From the NCBI GenBank assembly GCA_963845245.1, contig CAWJRJ010000036.1, positions 1 to 19,774 on the forward strand: a DNA stretch of 19,774 nucleotides. The letters run 5' to 3'. Made by a program: the position numbers and the translations under genes. This stretch comes from Nitrospirota bacterium (GTDB lineage: Bacteria; Nitrospirota; JACRHJ01). Shown piece by piece: positions 18,015-19,774 of this stretch (positions are counted from its first letter, which is position 1; each line of letters begins with the position of its first letter). The notes beneath the pieces were generated by a model that saw only the letters and a list, made by a program, of their open reading frames with translations, did no database searches and was not told the origin of the DNA.

Positions 18015-19774
18015 ATGACAAAGACATTCAGAAGCGCCCTCGACGCACTTGCGGGCGGCAGGCGCGAAATTAACATGACCGGGCTTTGGGGCTCATCCAA
18101 GGCCCTTTTTCTTTGGGAGCTGGAAGCGGCGCGCCAGGCCCCGGTGGTCGTCGTGTCTCCTACGCCCAAGGAGTCAGAGGCCCTGTTCAAGGACTTTTGC
18201 TACTTTGCCGCGGGCCTTGCCGAAGGCGAGGCTTTTGCTCAGCCGGTCTACTTCCCACCGTGGGACGTCCTGCCATACGACGTGATGGACCCGGACCAGG
18301 CGGTAGTGGCCAGGCGACTGCGGGCGCTCCGGGATATCGCGGCAGGCCGGGCAAGGGTCGTGTTCGTGCCGGTGAACGCCTTTATGCAGAGACTGCCCCG
18401 TCCGGACACCCTGCTTGGCGAGGGGTCGCTTCTGAAATTCTACATCGGCGCGGAGTTCGACCGTGAGGCCCTTCTTGCCAAACTGGTAAAGCTCGGCTAC
18501 TCCAATACTGCGACGGTATATGAACCGTGCGAGTTCTCGGTCAGGGGCGGAATACTCGACATCTTCCCGCCCGGCCTTGAAAAACCTGTGAGGGTGGAGT
18601 TCTTCGGCGACGCCGTGGAGTCCATGCGTTCGTTCGAACCCGAAACCCAGCGCTCGTCTGGGACGGTGGAGGAGTTTACCGCCATGCCCGCGAAAGAGGC
18701 GGGTGCTGCTGCGCGCGCGCTTGAGGCGGACCTTACCAGTTACTTTGAGGAATTCCCGTTGTGGTCGTGGACGAGCCGGACAGGGTGAGCTCGCTTGCGC
18801 GCGACTTCGAGGCGAAGGTCTTCTCGTCGTACGAGGCGGCGGATGGCGGAAGGTTTCGCCGGAAAGCCTGTATCTTGGCGCGGAAGCGCTGGACGAGCTG
18901 TTTGGCTCGTATGTCCATGTGTCCATCGGCTCCCTTCCGATTGAGGCGCGGGCGACGGTGTTGTTTGCGAGACGCGCTCCATCGAGGCCTTGAGGTTTCG
19001 TGAGGTCGCGCCGGAGCCCTGGCCGGAGGAAATCCCGAAGACACCTATAGCCATATTCTGCCGGAACCTGAAGGAACTGATGAAGGGCCGTGCCGTGAAT
19101 GTGGTGACGCCCACGAGAGGTCAGGCGGAGAGGCTCCGGGAGATATTCGCGGAGTACGGCGTACCGGCTGCCGAGGGGAGCCCGGCGCTTGAGCCCGGGC
19201 AGGCGGAAGGTACGGCGCATATAACCATCGGCGAGCTGTCATCCGGTTTTATGATGGATGAGCCGCAGCTTGCATTCATCACAGCGACCGAGATATTCGG
19301 CGAGAAACCAAGGCATGGACCCGCCCCGAGGGCGAAGGTGGAGCGGTTCCTCACATCGCTATCCGAGCTGTCCATCGGCGACTATGTCGTGCACGTCGAC
19401 CACGGCATCGGCCGGTACATGGGGCTTAAAAGGCTGAAGCTGATGGGGGTGGAGGCGGACTTCCTCGAAGTGGTGTACGCGGGCGCGGACAGGCTCTATG
19501 TCCCGGTGGACGAGCTTGTAAAGGTACAAAAATACATCGGCGCGGAAGGCTCCGGGCCGTCCCTTGAGAAGCTCGGAGGCGTGGGCTGGGAGCGTGCGAA
19601 GGCAAGGGCGAAGAAGGCCGTCGCCGAGATCGCTAAGGAGCTCCTTGAACTATATGCCGCGCGTTCGGTCGCGCCGGGCTTTGCATGCAGCCCCGATGAC
19701 CACCTCTACCGTGAGATGGAGGACTCGTTTGAATATGAGGAGACCCCCGACCAGGCGCGCACGATCGAGGAGGT
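18015..19774 (+). CDS. mfd: Mirror copy of mfd, N-terminal part (frameshifts at about 18750-19050; runs off the window end)
   Basis: MTKTF...GLWGSSKALF...FPPWDVLPYD...EFSVRGGILDIFP; later LSIGDYVVHVDHGIGRY and, at the end, FEYEETPDQARTIEE. Confidence 0.95.

Larger units (their letters stand above)
1..19774. repeat. Window-spanning imperfect inverted repeat (foldback): left arm 1..11271, loop 11272..11290, right arm 11291..19774
   Basis: Reverse-complement matches read directly: 11262..11271 cgccatggaa pairs with 11291..11300 ttccatggcg; 10938..10940 mirrors 11617..11619; 6710 mirrors 15812; 4072 mirrors 15813; 1757 mirrors 18015; 24 mirrors 19774. Gene order is mirrored throughout. Confidence 0.98.

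Noticed and set aside
1..19774. Mobile element, invertible segment, CRISPR array, defence system, tRNA or rRNA
   Set aside because: No transposase, recombinase, reverse transcriptase, cas gene, spaced direct repeats or recognisable structural RNA was seen on either strand.

Overview
Bacterial DNA, mostly GC-rich with two AT-richer membrane-protein genes. The whole window is one giant imperfect inverted repeat: 1..11271 is mirrored by 11291..19774 around a 19-nt loop (11272..11290), and the last base of the window mirrors position 24. The left arm holds the unique gene content. A minus-strand run reads gmhA, a deoxyhypusine-synthase-like unknown, rfaE2/hldC, a YIP1-like membrane protein, a TMTC-like GT-C/TPR protein and mfd. 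A divergent plus-strand run reads S4 RNA-binding protein, DUF1189-like protein, pdxA, two tandem bacteriohemerythrins, DUF302 and a cupin. Next come a convergent suhB and the 3' end of an unknown gene cut by the foldback point. The right arm repeats these genes in reverse, lacks 2637 nt (left 4073..6709) and 100 nt (left 3551..3650), and alternates near-identical blocks with blocks of codon-respecting divergence. Frameshifts are frequent and often differ between arms. The simplest reading is a foldback (template-switch) long-read or amplification chimera whose consensus mixes related strains; a real palindromic duplication is unlikely but cannot be excluded without reads. The best candidates for novel biology are the DHS-like gene inside the heptose operon, the pdxA-hemerythrin-DUF302-cupin operon and the TMTC-like glycosyltransferase. 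I found no RNA genes, CRISPR arrays or mobile-element genes.
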